From NCBI GenBank assembly GCA_016193485.1, contig JACPRZ010000043.1:96944-160943 (forward strand): DNA of 64,000 bases, written 5' to 3'. The position numbers and the translations under genes were made by a program. Positions 10,221-19,182 of the stretch are shown piece after piece; within the stretch, counting starts at the first letter, position 1; the number at the start of each line of letters is the position of its first letter. The notes beneath the pieces are model-generated. The model did no database searches. It had not been told where the DNA came from and was given only the letters and a program-made list of their open reading frames with translations. This DNA comes from Bacteroidota bacterium. Its GTDB lineage: Bacteria; Bacteroidota; Bacteroidia; JACPRZ01.

Positions 10221-10349
10221 TTTGTTACTATTCACCCCCTCTGTGAAACTCTGTTATCTCAGTGAACTCTGTGTTAAAAATTCTTCAACACAGAGAGCAC
10301 AGAGTACACTGAGTTACACAGAGTTAAATTGCAATGACCAATAATAATT
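10221..10349. repeat. CACAGAG-hairpin element copy 2 (inverted relative to copy 1); supplies the last 11 codons and stop of the 10324-12684 gene
   Basis: Reverse complement of 10266-10349 is identical to 4507-4590; ends with gtgaatagtaacaa. Confidence 0.7.
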
Positions 10350-12684
10350 TGTAATTTGGGGTAATGGTTTCGCTGCCGTCAAGGTTGGAACAAAAGATGA
10401 GATATACACCTGTGCTTGCTTTGCGGCCGGTGAAATTTTTTCCATCCCATATCGCCTGGCCTCCATCGGCTATGGTTTCAAAGATCAACCCCCCGCTGAT
10501 GTCGGTGATTTTTACCCGGGCATTGGCAACGAGTCCGTTGATGGCGATGGGTCCTTCATAATCCTCACGGATGGGATTGGGATAGACAAAAACATCAGCG
10601 AAACCGGTACCGCCCATGGTGGCTGTAGAACGATAGGAAACAATTCCCTGTGTAGTGCCGAAAAAAATTTCTCCCTCGGCCTGGTTAATTGCAATTGAAG
10701 TGATCTCGTCTGAAGGCAGAGGGCTGTTTGAAGATGTAAAATGGTGAATTTCCTGCGTTCCGTCAGGCGATACGAGAAAAACGCCTGCGCTCCGGGTTCC
10801 GATCCATTTACGGTTTGCCCCGTCAACCGCCATAGCAGTCACTTCTTCAAATTCGAGCAGGTATTGCCAATAGCCATCCTTGAAAACAAGGATCTGCTGT
10901 GCGTCAAAGATATCGCTGTCAAATACCATCCACGGAGTATAAAATACGGCAATGCCTTTTGATGTTCCTATCCAGATGTCACCGGTCAGGTCGGCAACAA
11001 TGCAGTTCAGGTAATTTGTCGGCAGATCTCCGTAACCCACACCGGTTGTCAGGTAGCGTGATCGGTCATCGGTTTCATCAGTGACAGTACCATTTTCATC
11101 AAATGCAAAAATTCCGAATCCCCCTATGATAACCCATTTGATATTATTGGAATCAACTGTAATATCAAGAACGGTTTTACCGGGAGATCCTTTTAGCGGA
11201 AAGGATTTCCAATCCCCGGATGTATCCATTACGCAAAGCGGTCTGGTAACATTAAAATTCGTGACCCACAAACGGTGGTTTCGGTCAAATACCATTGACG
11301 GTATGCGCACATATCCCTTATAAGGTATTTCAAGTTGCAATACACCGCCTGTGGTTTCTTCATCCCATTTATTGGTCAGCACTTTATTACGGAATTCCAG
11401 TACTCCGGAACCCCATGCACCGGCAAAAACCCTTTCGGAGTTCTTCGGATCAATAAGAACGCGGACAATATCGAATGACGAATCCACACCGGTAAAATTT
11501 ATGCGGTCCCAGTCATTATTCAGATAATAAAAAACGCCATCTCCGTTCCATGTGTTGCTCAGCTGGGGTGTAAGAGTGCCAGGCGCCACCCACAGGTTAC
11601 TTCCCGAAGCGTAAATATTCCAGGTGTTTTTTGAAAACGGACCATCGGGTACAATAATTTCATAACCCCAGTCACCCCAGTGTTTTACAAGGCCTTTTTC
11701 AATATCGGCAACCCACATGATTCCATCCTCATCAAGCAGGGCATCATAGGGAATGGGATTTTTATAAGAAAAATCAAAGCCAAATCCTGATATTGAATTA
11801 CCGGATGAATCGAAAACGGTCACTCCCCACGGATGAGTAACGATCAACTTTCCCGGAGAGTTCTGTATATTATAAGGGGGCGGCAGGGACATTTGCTCGA
11901 AATCAATAAAAACCGACCATGAATTCCCATCAAAGCGATACAATAAGTCCCACCATGTGTCTTTGAAATTTACAACCGGATACCCGTTAACCAGATCGGC
12001 CTCTGTGAACAAATAAAAAGTGTCATCCGGTAACACGGCATCATGCGGCAACCCGTTTACATCTCTTGACCACGATGCGTAGTCGGCAAGATTGGAGCCG
12101 GTATAATCCGCCCTGTAAACACCCTTATCGGTTGCAGCAATAATTGAAGTGCCGTCAATAACAACTTCATTTACATTCAAGGCGCTGCCATCGGAACCGA
12201 TGTACCATGTCTCGCTTATTTCTTTTTTTACAATGTCAACCACCACAATTCCGAAACTGCAGGACAGATAGGCGAACCTGCCGTAAAAATAAATTGAATT
12301 GATTGCTTTTTTCCCGACCATATTTTTTCTTTTAATATCGCTCAGGTTGGTAAGGGAAGTGCCGCTTACCATGTCGATATTGGTGTTGGTATAGGCAATT
12401 ACCAGCACATCGTAGGTTTTATTATACAGGATGCACGAGATGCCGATATCGGAGAGGCCAGTGACTTTTGAAAGAGTGGTTATGGAATTATCGGATTTAT
12501 CAAAATAAAAGAGTGAAGAAGTTGTTGCACAATATACTACATCACCGGCATCGGTAACCGATATTGCGCGGGTGTACGGAAGCATATCGCGCCAATAACC
12601 GATGGGAATGTCTTGGGCAAAGCCGGAGAAGCAAAACAGGAAAGAAATGAGATGAATAAAGGTCCTGACGCACGAAGCACTCAT
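10324..12684 (-). CDS. beta-propeller repeat protein with T9SS C-terminal sorting domain
   Basis: Signal peptide; repeated propeller-like segments; C-terminus VYPNPIRE...VKITDISGGLI...GVYLIF...KLLLVIAI resembles a T9SS type A sorting domain. Confidence 0.7.
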   Translation of the reverse strand: MSASCVRTFIHLISFLFCFSGFAQDIPIGYWRDMLPYTRAISVTDAGDVVYCATTSSLFYFDKSDNSITTLSKVTGLSDIGISCILYNKTYDVLVIAYTNTNIDMVSGTSLTNLSDIKRKNMVGKKAINSIYFYGRFAYLSCSFGIVVVDIVKKEISETWYIGSDGSALNVNEVVIDGTSIIAATDKGVYRADYTGSNLADYASWSRDVNGLPHDAVLPDDTFYLFTEADLVNGYPVVNFKDTWWDLLYRFDGNSWSVFIDFEQMSLPPPYNIQNSPGKLIVTHPWGVTVFDSSGNSISGFGFDFSYKNPIPYDALLDEDGIMWVADIEKGLVKHWGDWGYEIIVPDGPFSKNTWNIYASGSNLWVAPGTLTPQLSNTWNGDGVFYYLNNDWDRINFTGVDSSFDIVRVLIDPKNSERVFAGAWGSGVLEFRNKVLTNKWDEETTGGVLQLEIPYKGYVRIPSMVFDRNHRLWVTNFNVTRPLCVMDTSGDWKSFPLKGSPGKTVLDITVDSNNIKWVIIGGFGIFAFDENGTVTDETDDRSRYLTTGVGYGDLPTNYLNCIVADLTGDIWIGTSKGIAVFYTPWMVFDSDIFDAQQILVFKDGYWQYLLEFEEVTAMAVDGANRKWIGTRSAGVFLVSPDGTQEIHHFTSSNSPLPSDEITSIAINQAEGEIFFGTTQGIVSYRSTATMGGTGFADVFVYPNPIREDYEGPIAINGLVANARVKITDISGGLIFETIADGGQAIWDGKNFTGRKASTGVYLIFCSNLDGSETITPNYKLLLVIAI

Positions 12685-12824
12685 GAGAAACGGGTTAGGG
12701 ATGCGAAGATAATGGGTTTAATCAAAGTGAAACGAAGCAATAACGTGAGGGCAGAGGGAATATTGCTTCCGGCTGGTACCAGATAACTATTATACCAAGA
12801 CCTAACAAACTAAAAAAACAAAAA

Positions 12825-14516
12825 CTATAGCGTAGTCCTCATCTTTATTCTCATCCCTAATTTTATCAGGAGGTAATAATCGGCATAAATTTTTACTAAC
12901 TTAGCCGGAGACGGACTATAACCCGGAGTAGATAAGATTGCTTTGATGATCATCTTGTTAGCCCCTGCAACTTTTTTCACCCGTTCATCCGTTACATAAA
13001 CTTCGCTTCGTGTATGAGTGGCTTCGGATACTTTCCCGTTTGCATCTAATTTCCCCGAAAGAAGAAAATCCTGCCCGGTGGTATTCAGCGAATCAATTAT
13101 TTTGAATTTGACAGGGCTTGACGAATCGGCAAAATATACCTGCAGGTCTGCATCCATCGGGAAAAAATTCCAGCAATTGATACGGAAGCGGATATATTCC
13201 ACATCAATGTTTTCACCGGTCTCATCCGGTTCCACGACATTATCTTCCACTTCATCCAGTGTAAAATCTACGGTATCCATCAGGGTAAAAATGCCGGCAT
13301 ATCCCCAGAGGGGCAATTCAATTTCAACACCAACACTCAGGTAACTGCTGCCGGTAATGAAATTCAATGCAGGAGGTCCGGATGGATTCAACTCCCCGTT
13401 AACCTCATATACAATATAAGTGGGATGCGCCTGGAGAACATCAGTCAGGTTGCTGTTGGTTTTGTCAAACTGCATGTCGGTTATTTTTACCTGGCCAACT
13501 TCAGTCATAGCGGGATAATTTATAGTTATTCCGGGACCCGGGAACACTCCATTAAGATTGATATTCTGGTTGCCCTGCTGGGAAGTTGTTTGAAGAGCGG
13601 TAAAAATGGCCTTGACGGGCATTCCGTAGGAGTTTTCAATGTGGATTGTGATACGAGGATCTTCAAAATAAGTAGTACCTCCTGAAGTGGTATTGAAAAT
13701 CTCAAGATTAAGGTCAACCGAGTCCTTTGGCAGGGTGAGCAGCCATTTGCCGAGATAACCGTCCATGTAGGAAAATTCCAAATTCTGAAAACTCATTGTT
13801 ACACGAACTGAGTCGGCAGAGGTTGCCGGATTTCCGCTGTCGTACAGTTTAACCGTTGCGCTGAAAGGAAGGGTATTTACTGTAGTCCCCCCCTTTGTAA
13901 GGTCCATTGTATATCCGGCAAGAGAAACCGATGCAGTTGAAACCGAAGAAGCGCTGATGCCGGAAGAAACGGTCAGGGTATTTGTTCCGGAAGTCACTGA
14001 TGGAAAAGTGATGACCACGGTACCGCTGTGCTGGAAGGAATTGTCAAAAGTGAAATTCACTGTACCCGATGAAAAAATTATGGTTTTGAGTTCAATATTT
14101 TTAGGCGGAGAATCCTGGTCGGGGGGGGTAACAAAGTTGTAATCGTCCGAGTAGAGAACCGTAATACTGTCAAGGTTAAGCAGGTTGAAGATTTCGGCAT
14201 TGGTCAGCCCATACGACTCATTTGCATTTTGAGAAGGAATGGTTATCAGGGACATTCCCCGCGTAGAGTAAATAGTGTCGTTGTAAATAATAGTAAGGAA
14301 CCCGGTTTCATCTTCCACGATTACTTCGCTGGTATCATAATCCTTTAACAGGTCGCGCAGGTCAAGTTTTGAATAAGCGATGGGAAAAGCGAGGTCGGGA
14401 TTCCATTCCGTTCCTGTAAGTTTGCTCAGGTCGTATTTATCCCGGTTGCAGGAGAAAATGCAGGTAAAAAGCAGGATTGATATAAGAGTGGAAAATATTG
14501 GGAAAAATCGTTTCAT
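12825..14516 (-). CDS. hypothetical lipoprotein
   Basis: Start chosen at internal Met (MKRFFPIFSTLISILLFTCIFSC, signal peptide with lipobox-like Cys) rather than the ORF-track start at 14582; Ser/Thr-rich beta-rich body. Confidence 0.55.
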   Translation of the reverse strand: MKRFFPIFSTLISILLFTCIFSCNRDKYDLSKLTGTEWNPDLAFPIAYSKLDLRDLLKDYDTSEVIVEDETGFLTIIYNDTIYSTRGMSLITIPSQNANESYGLTNAEIFNLLNLDSITVLYSDDYNFVTPPDQDSPPKNIELKTIIFSSGTVNFTFDNSFQHSGTVVITFPSVTSGTNTLTVSSGISASSVSTASVSLAGYTMDLTKGGTTVNTLPFSATVKLYDSGNPATSADSVRVTMSFQNLEFSYMDGYLGKWLLTLPKDSVDLNLEIFNTTSGGTTYFEDPRITIHIENSYGMPVKAIFTALQTTSQQGNQNINLNGVFPGPGITINYPAMTEVGQVKITDMQFDKTNSNLTDVLQAHPTYIVYEVNGELNPSGPPALNFITGSSYLSVGVEIELPLWGYAGIFTLMDTVDFTLDEVEDNVVEPDETGENIDVEYIRFRINCWNFFPMDADLQVYFADSSSPVKFKIIDSLNTTGQDFLLSGKLDANGKVSEATHTRSEVYVTDERVKKVAGANKMIIKAILSTPGYSPSPAKLVKIYADYYLLIKLGMRIKMRTTL

Positions 14517-14584
14517 AGGGTGTAATGTGGCAACAAACATACGAAATTTTTTAATACGGTTTATATCTATGGCAGGGTTCACGC

Positions 14585-14690
14585 ACCAGAACTCTGCGCA
14601 ACTCTTTGTTTCCTCTGTGAACTCTGTGTTTAAAAATTTCTAACACAGAGAACACAGAGTTTTTTTCACAGAGAACCACAGAGAAAAAAA
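14585..14690. repeat. CACAGAG-hairpin element copy 3 (short form)
   Basis: ctctgtgaactctgtgtt-loop-aacacagagaacacagag plus cacagagaaccacagag; lies between the thioesterase stop and the lipoprotein start. Confidence 0.6.
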
Positions 14691-14714
14691 TTTCTGATGC
14701 GCGAAACCTGATAT

Positions 14715-15131
14715 CTATGGATTCTCAAACTCTTCCATTTTCTTCTTCCATTCATCCGGTATGTGAATGGTTTTTTTTGATTTGTAGTTATATGCCACAA
14801 CAGCAGTCATCCCCGAAGCCGCTTCTTCGCCTGTTTGGACTTTTTCTATCCGGTAGGAGAGATCAAAACTTTTATTGCCGAAACGCGAGCAGCGGGTGTA
14901 AACGAACAATTCTTCATCGGTAAGGAAGACAGGACTTTTAAAATCCACTTCAGCGCGGGCTATGATAATGCCGGTTTCGGACCAATCAATTTCTTTTCCA
15001 ACAACGTCATTGAAATAGTGAATGCGGGCAAGTTCCATGTAGGTCAAAAAAACCGCATGGTTCACATGGCCGATTAGGTCAATATCACCGAACCTGATCT
15101 GGATTTTTATCTGATGGCGGAAATTATTCAT
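14715..15131 (-). CDS. acyl-CoA thioesterase (hotdog fold, YbgC/4HBT family)
   Basis: IRFGDIDLIGHVNHAVFLTYMELAR matches the 4HBT thioesterase core; 4-nt overlap with the upstream phosphatase gene. Confidence 0.8.
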   Translation of the reverse strand: MNNFRHQIKIQIRFGDIDLIGHVNHAVFLTYMELARIHYFNDVVGKEIDWSETGIIIARAEVDFKSPVFLTDEELFVYTRCSRFGNKSFDLSYRIEKVQTGEEAASGMTAVVAYNYKSKKTIHIPDEWKKKMEEFENP

Positions 15132-18100
15132 ATCTCGATGCCAATCACCAGGATGTCATCCATCTGGGCAGTATTGCCTGTGGTTTTCCAGTCCTCGATG
15201 GTTTTGTCAAGCACTTCTTTTTGCCGCTCCATCGGCTGGTCAGCTACGGAGATAATCAGTTCTTTAAACCGTTTCTTCATGAATTTTTTACCATCCGGCC
15301 CTCCGAATTGGTCACCGTACCCGTCCGATGACATGATGAGTTTGTCGCCCTTTTGCAGCGGGATAGTGTGGTTGGTAAAAATCTTATAAATGCCTCCATA
15401 AATACCTATTGGCATTTTATCGGCTTTTGTTTCGAGGACTTCTCCGCCCCTCACAATGTAAAGTGGATTATTTGCGCCTGCATATTCTACGGTCATATTC
15501 TGGTAGTCAAGAGCGAGGAGAGCCATATCCATGCCGTCCTTCTGTTCGCCCGTCTGGCCGGTTTGTCCCAGCGCCCTGATGATACCCTGCCGCAGGTTTT
15601 CAAGTATAAGGGCCGGAGTAACAATTGCTTTTTCACCGACAATTTCATTGAGCAACTGGTGCCCGATCATCGACATGAAAGCGCCCGGTACGCCATGCCC
15701 GGTACAATCGGCTGCGGTGATGAGCATTTTGCCATTCTTTTCAGCGCACCAGTAAAAATCACCGCTTACAATATCACGCGGTTTGTATAGGATGAAATAA
15801 TTCCTGAACATTTTACGTATTACCGGAGGATGGGGCAGCAGGGCATCCTGTATCCGTTTGGCATAGTTGATGCTGTCGAGGATATCCCGGTTTTTCGCTT
15901 CGATTACTTCCTTCTGCTTCACAACTTCTGCAGTGCGCTCCCGGATAATTTTCTGCAATCCGCGTGTTGATACAAGGATTGATCCATAGACAAAACCGAT
16001 AAAAAATAGAACATAACCGGTATATGCCCACCAGGTGCGGTGCCAGGGGGGGAGGATGGTGAATTCATATACTGCTTCGGTGCTTTCGTTGCCGTAAATA
16101 TTCTTTGCCTTAACCCTGAAATAATAAAGTCCTTCAGGAAAGTTTGTATAGACCGCCTTGGTTTCGTTGCTCCATTCGCTCCAGTTTTTGTCGAATCCTT
16201 CGAGGTAATAGGAATAAAGTGATTTTGCCTCATCGGAATAGGATGCCGAAGAAAATTCAAAATTGAGTGAGTTGAATAGATAAGGCAGGACCACTTTCAG
16301 TTCGTGCGGCTGGATGACAGATGAGATTTTATCCTTATCATAGTACGTCCCGTTAAAAATGACCGAGTCCTCATTGATCACTTTCCGTATGATGGAATTA
16401 AAGGGAATGTCATATTTTTTAAGTACACTGTAATCGAACCGCAGTATTCCGACAGTACTGCCGAGCCATACCGTGTTGGGCTCTGGATAGATGGCATAGG
16501 GTAATTCATCCGAAAATGCGGCAAAAGGTTTTGTGATAAACTCATATTTTCCATTGCTGTTTTTCGTGGCAAAGCCGAGTTCCAGAATGCCTTCCTGCAG
16601 TGTATAGTTGGGTAGCCAGATGTTGCCGTGATCATCTTCGATAATGCGGTGCACCCCACTGGAATTGTCGATAAACTGGGTACCGAAAGATGAATCGTGA
16701 ATGAAATTTTCCCCGTCAAAATGAAATAAGTAACCGGGAGCGGCAAATATGACCTTTTCCTGTACTCTTGAAACATAAACATAATCGGAAAGAATTCCGT
16801 TTTTGGTACCGAAAGTATCAATTACAACTTGCCCGGTCATGTCACCGTTATTCACCGGCCCACCGGAATACTTCAATGTTGCCCTGAAAACCCCCCTGGG
16901 CCCTCCGAGCCATAAATTCCCGTCCGGATCTTCCGCCAAACTTTGTATCTCTTCTTCAAATTCAGGAAACGCTCCTTCGTACACCCATTTATTCCGGCTC
17001 CAGTAAAAGGAGGCGAACCCATCCACATATCCGGCAAAAACGCGGTTGGAATCTTTCTCCGACCTGTGAAGCACCCAGGTATTGGGTTTCACCAGCAATC
17101 GCGCTTTATTGTTTTCAATCTGGTAGATTCCTGTGTTCGAAGCAACGAGCAGGTGAGGAGGGGAATAATGGCGAAAGGAGAGCAACGCCCAACATTCATC
17201 CGAAAAATCTTTTATCTGCACGAAGCGGGGATATTCGGGTTTCGGGTTTTTTTCATTTACCCTCAAACTTCGCGGCACAAGATAAAACACTCCGAGGTTT
17301 GTTGCGGTATATAAAGTATCCTTAAACCTGGCGATGGACTGAACCACACCGCTCAACCCGTTGTTATCGTTGAAAATGGTAATGGGAGAAGTGATATCTA
17401 CCCGTGTTATGCCGTTATTCAGTCCAAGCCAGAGGTTATGTTCCTTGTCGAGAAATTGTGAATAAATTGTTTCATCCTGCAACCCGATTTCTTTTGAGAG
17501 GAAATCGACAAGTTGGCCTTTGCGGTTAATTACGGCAATACCTTTATTAATGGTTCCGACAGACACGGCATCGTCCTGTACCAGGATTCCATTATATATT
17601 TTATACCTGAAGAAAAAAGGATCAATCTGCGTGGGGAATGACTTCAGTACAATCAGTTCACTGCCATATTCGGATGTTTGTGATTCACCGGGTGGAAGCG
17701 CCATCGTGAAAAGGCCGCGGATGCTGGTATTGAGGAGCACAACCCGTTCATCAACAGGTGAAAAAGGAACCATGAAGTAGATATTTTCCTCGGCAAAGAG
17801 CTCACCGCCCGGCAGCCTCAGCAGCCGTTCACCTGAAAGTTCAAGCAGGCCTACCGAACGCTGTCTTACTAAAAGACGGTTATGAACATAAAACATTTTG
17901 TGAAAGGTCTGGGTTTCTTCGGCAAGCCATACCTTTATGGTTTTATCCTTATACCGGAATATTTTCTGCGATGTCTGGAAAAAAATACCTTCCCTTGTTG
18001 CGTAACAGGTCCACACATCACCGAATTCTTTGTCTTTATTATCGCTGATCAATCCGGTAAGGGAATTATACCGCATATTCCCCGAAGAATCGGACTGCAG

Positions 18101-18505
18101 GAAACCGAATTCATCCTGCGCTCCCACATAAATAACACCTGTGCTGTCCATGCACAGGGAACGAATGTTTGATTCATTGGTTACGAGTATCTGCCGCCAG
18201 TTCACCCCGTCATATTCAAGAATGCACTGGTTGTTGCTGAAATATAAAACACCTCTTTTATCCTGAACGATTGCCCAGTTCTGAGGAAGCGCCAAGTAAT
18301 CTTTGGTCGTGTAATTACGGGTCGGATAAAACCCTTTTTCAGTGGATGGCTGGGCGAAGAGTAAGGTAGAAGACAGGTTGACAATCAGAAAAAAGAAACA
18401 ACAAGCGGTAAAAAAAAGAATCCTGAATATGTAAAGTGGATTTTTCAAGGATACCTGTTTGGACACTATAGCCATTATGGTGCGAAGATAAGAATTAACG
18501 GACAT
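15128..18505 (-). CDS. periplasmic-sensor (beta-propeller + Y_Y_Y) membrane protein fused to a PP2C/SpoIIE-type serine phosphatase
   Basis: N-terminal TM segment; propeller repeats; Y_Y_Y-like YSYYLEGFDKNWSEW...YYFRVKAKN followed by a TM helix; C-terminal GDFYW...DCTGHGVPGAFMSM...DGMDMAL...SDGYGDQFGG (PP2C SpoIIE-like). Confidence 0.85.
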   Translation of the reverse strand: MSVNSYLRTIMAIVSKQVSLKNPLYIFRILFFTACCFFFLIVNLSSTLLFAQPSTEKGFYPTRNYTTKDYLALPQNWAIVQDKRGVLYFSNNQCILEYDGVNWRQILVTNESNIRSLCMDSTGVIYVGAQDEFGFLQSDSSGNMRYNSLTGLISDNKDKEFGDVWTCYATREGIFFQTSQKIFRYKDKTIKVWLAEETQTFHKMFYVHNRLLVRQRSVGLLELSGERLLRLPGGELFAEENIYFMVPFSPVDERVVLLNTSIRGLFTMALPPGESQTSEYGSELIVLKSFPTQIDPFFFRYKIYNGILVQDDAVSVGTINKGIAVINRKGQLVDFLSKEIGLQDETIYSQFLDKEHNLWLGLNNGITRVDITSPITIFNDNNGLSGVVQSIARFKDTLYTATNLGVFYLVPRSLRVNEKNPKPEYPRFVQIKDFSDECWALLSFRHYSPPHLLVASNTGIYQIENNKARLLVKPNTWVLHRSEKDSNRVFAGYVDGFASFYWSRNKWVYEGAFPEFEEEIQSLAEDPDGNLWLGGPRGVFRATLKYSGGPVNNGDMTGQVVIDTFGTKNGILSDYVYVSRVQEKVIFAAPGYLFHFDGENFIHDSSFGTQFIDNSSGVHRIIEDDHGNIWLPNYTLQEGILELGFATKNSNGKYEFITKPFAAFSDELPYAIYPEPNTVWLGSTVGILRFDYSVLKKYDIPFNSIIRKVINEDSVIFNGTYYDKDKISSVIQPHELKVVLPYLFNSLNFEFSSASYSDEAKSLYSYYLEGFDKNWSEWSNETKAVYTNFPEGLYYFRVKAKNIYGNESTEAVYEFTILPPWHRTWWAYTGYVLFFIGFVYGSILVSTRGLQKIIRERTAEVVKQKEVIEAKNRDILDSINYAKRIQDALLPHPPVIRKMFRNYFILYKPRDIVSGDFYWCAEKNGKMLITAADCTGHGVPGAFMSMIGHQLLNEIVGEKAIVTPALILENLRQGIIRALGQTGQTGEQKDGMDMALLALDYQNMTVEYAGANNPLYIVRGGEVLETKADKMPIGIYGGIYKIFTNHTIPLQKGDKLIMSSDGYGDQFGGPDGKKFMKKRFKELIISVADQPMERQKEVLDKTIEDWKTTGNTAQMDDILVIGIEI

Positions 18506-18630
18506 TCATTTGTTGCATTATTCCCCTGTGGCGTCAGCATGCAAACATATTTTTATGTTACTTTTGAAGCGAATAATCAATCGTTGTCAGCGACAATAAT
18601 GCGACATCCGAATTCATTAAAACAATATTA

Positions 18631-19149
18631 ATGAAACTATATTCAGTTCTCTTTGCAATAACGATTTTAATCCTGACGGGTTGCGACATGCATACGGAAC
18701 ATAAGAGCGGTTTTAAAACAGCACCAGGTTCCAATATGATGAAAGAGATGGATTGGCTTCTTGGTTCGTGGATAAACCGGTCATCAAACGGTCACCTTTA
18801 TGAAATATGGCGGAAAAATAATGACACTCTATTTTCGGGGGAAAGTTTTTTGATTGAACAGAACGATACAACCTTCCATGAAAAAATTTCACTGGAGTGG
18901 AAAGACGGAAATTTGTATTATATCCCGACAGTCAGAGATCAGAACAACGGTCGCCCCGTTCTTTTTAAATTAATTTCCGGGGTAAACGGTGAATATGTCT
19001 TTGAAAATAAAGAACACGACTTTCCCCATCGCATTATTTATAAAAATCCGGCTCCCGATTCTTTACATGCAAGAATTGAAGGAATTGAGAATGGCATCCT
19101 GCACAAGGAAGAATTCCCCATGAACAGAACCTCCCGGCCAGGTTTATAG
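18631..19149 (+). CDS. hypothetical lipoprotein
   Basis: Signal peptide with LTGC lipobox; no catalytic motif recognised. Confidence 0.55.
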   Translation: MKLYSVLFAITILILTGCDMHTEHKSGFKTAPGSNMMKEMDWLLGSWINRSSNGHLYEIWRKNNDTLFSGESFLIEQNDTTFHEKISLEWKDGNLYYIPTVRDQNNGRPVLFKLISGVNGEYVFENKEHDFPHRIIYKNPAPDSLHARIEGIENGILHKEEFPMNRTSRPGL

Positions 19150-19182
19150 TACGGACGATACCGGGAATTTCAAAAATTGCTG

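Noticed and set aside
12825-14582. ORF-track start of the lipoprotein gene at 14582
   Set aside because: An internal Met gives a canonical signal peptide with lipobox Cys; the longer start adds 22 non-signal-like residues. Start moved to 14516 (moderate confidence).
4491-14690. Possibility that the ctctgtg/cacagag repeats are a CRISPR array
   Set aside because: Only three dispersed copies kilobases apart, with no regular repeat-spacer periodicity and no cas genes; they are hairpin elements.
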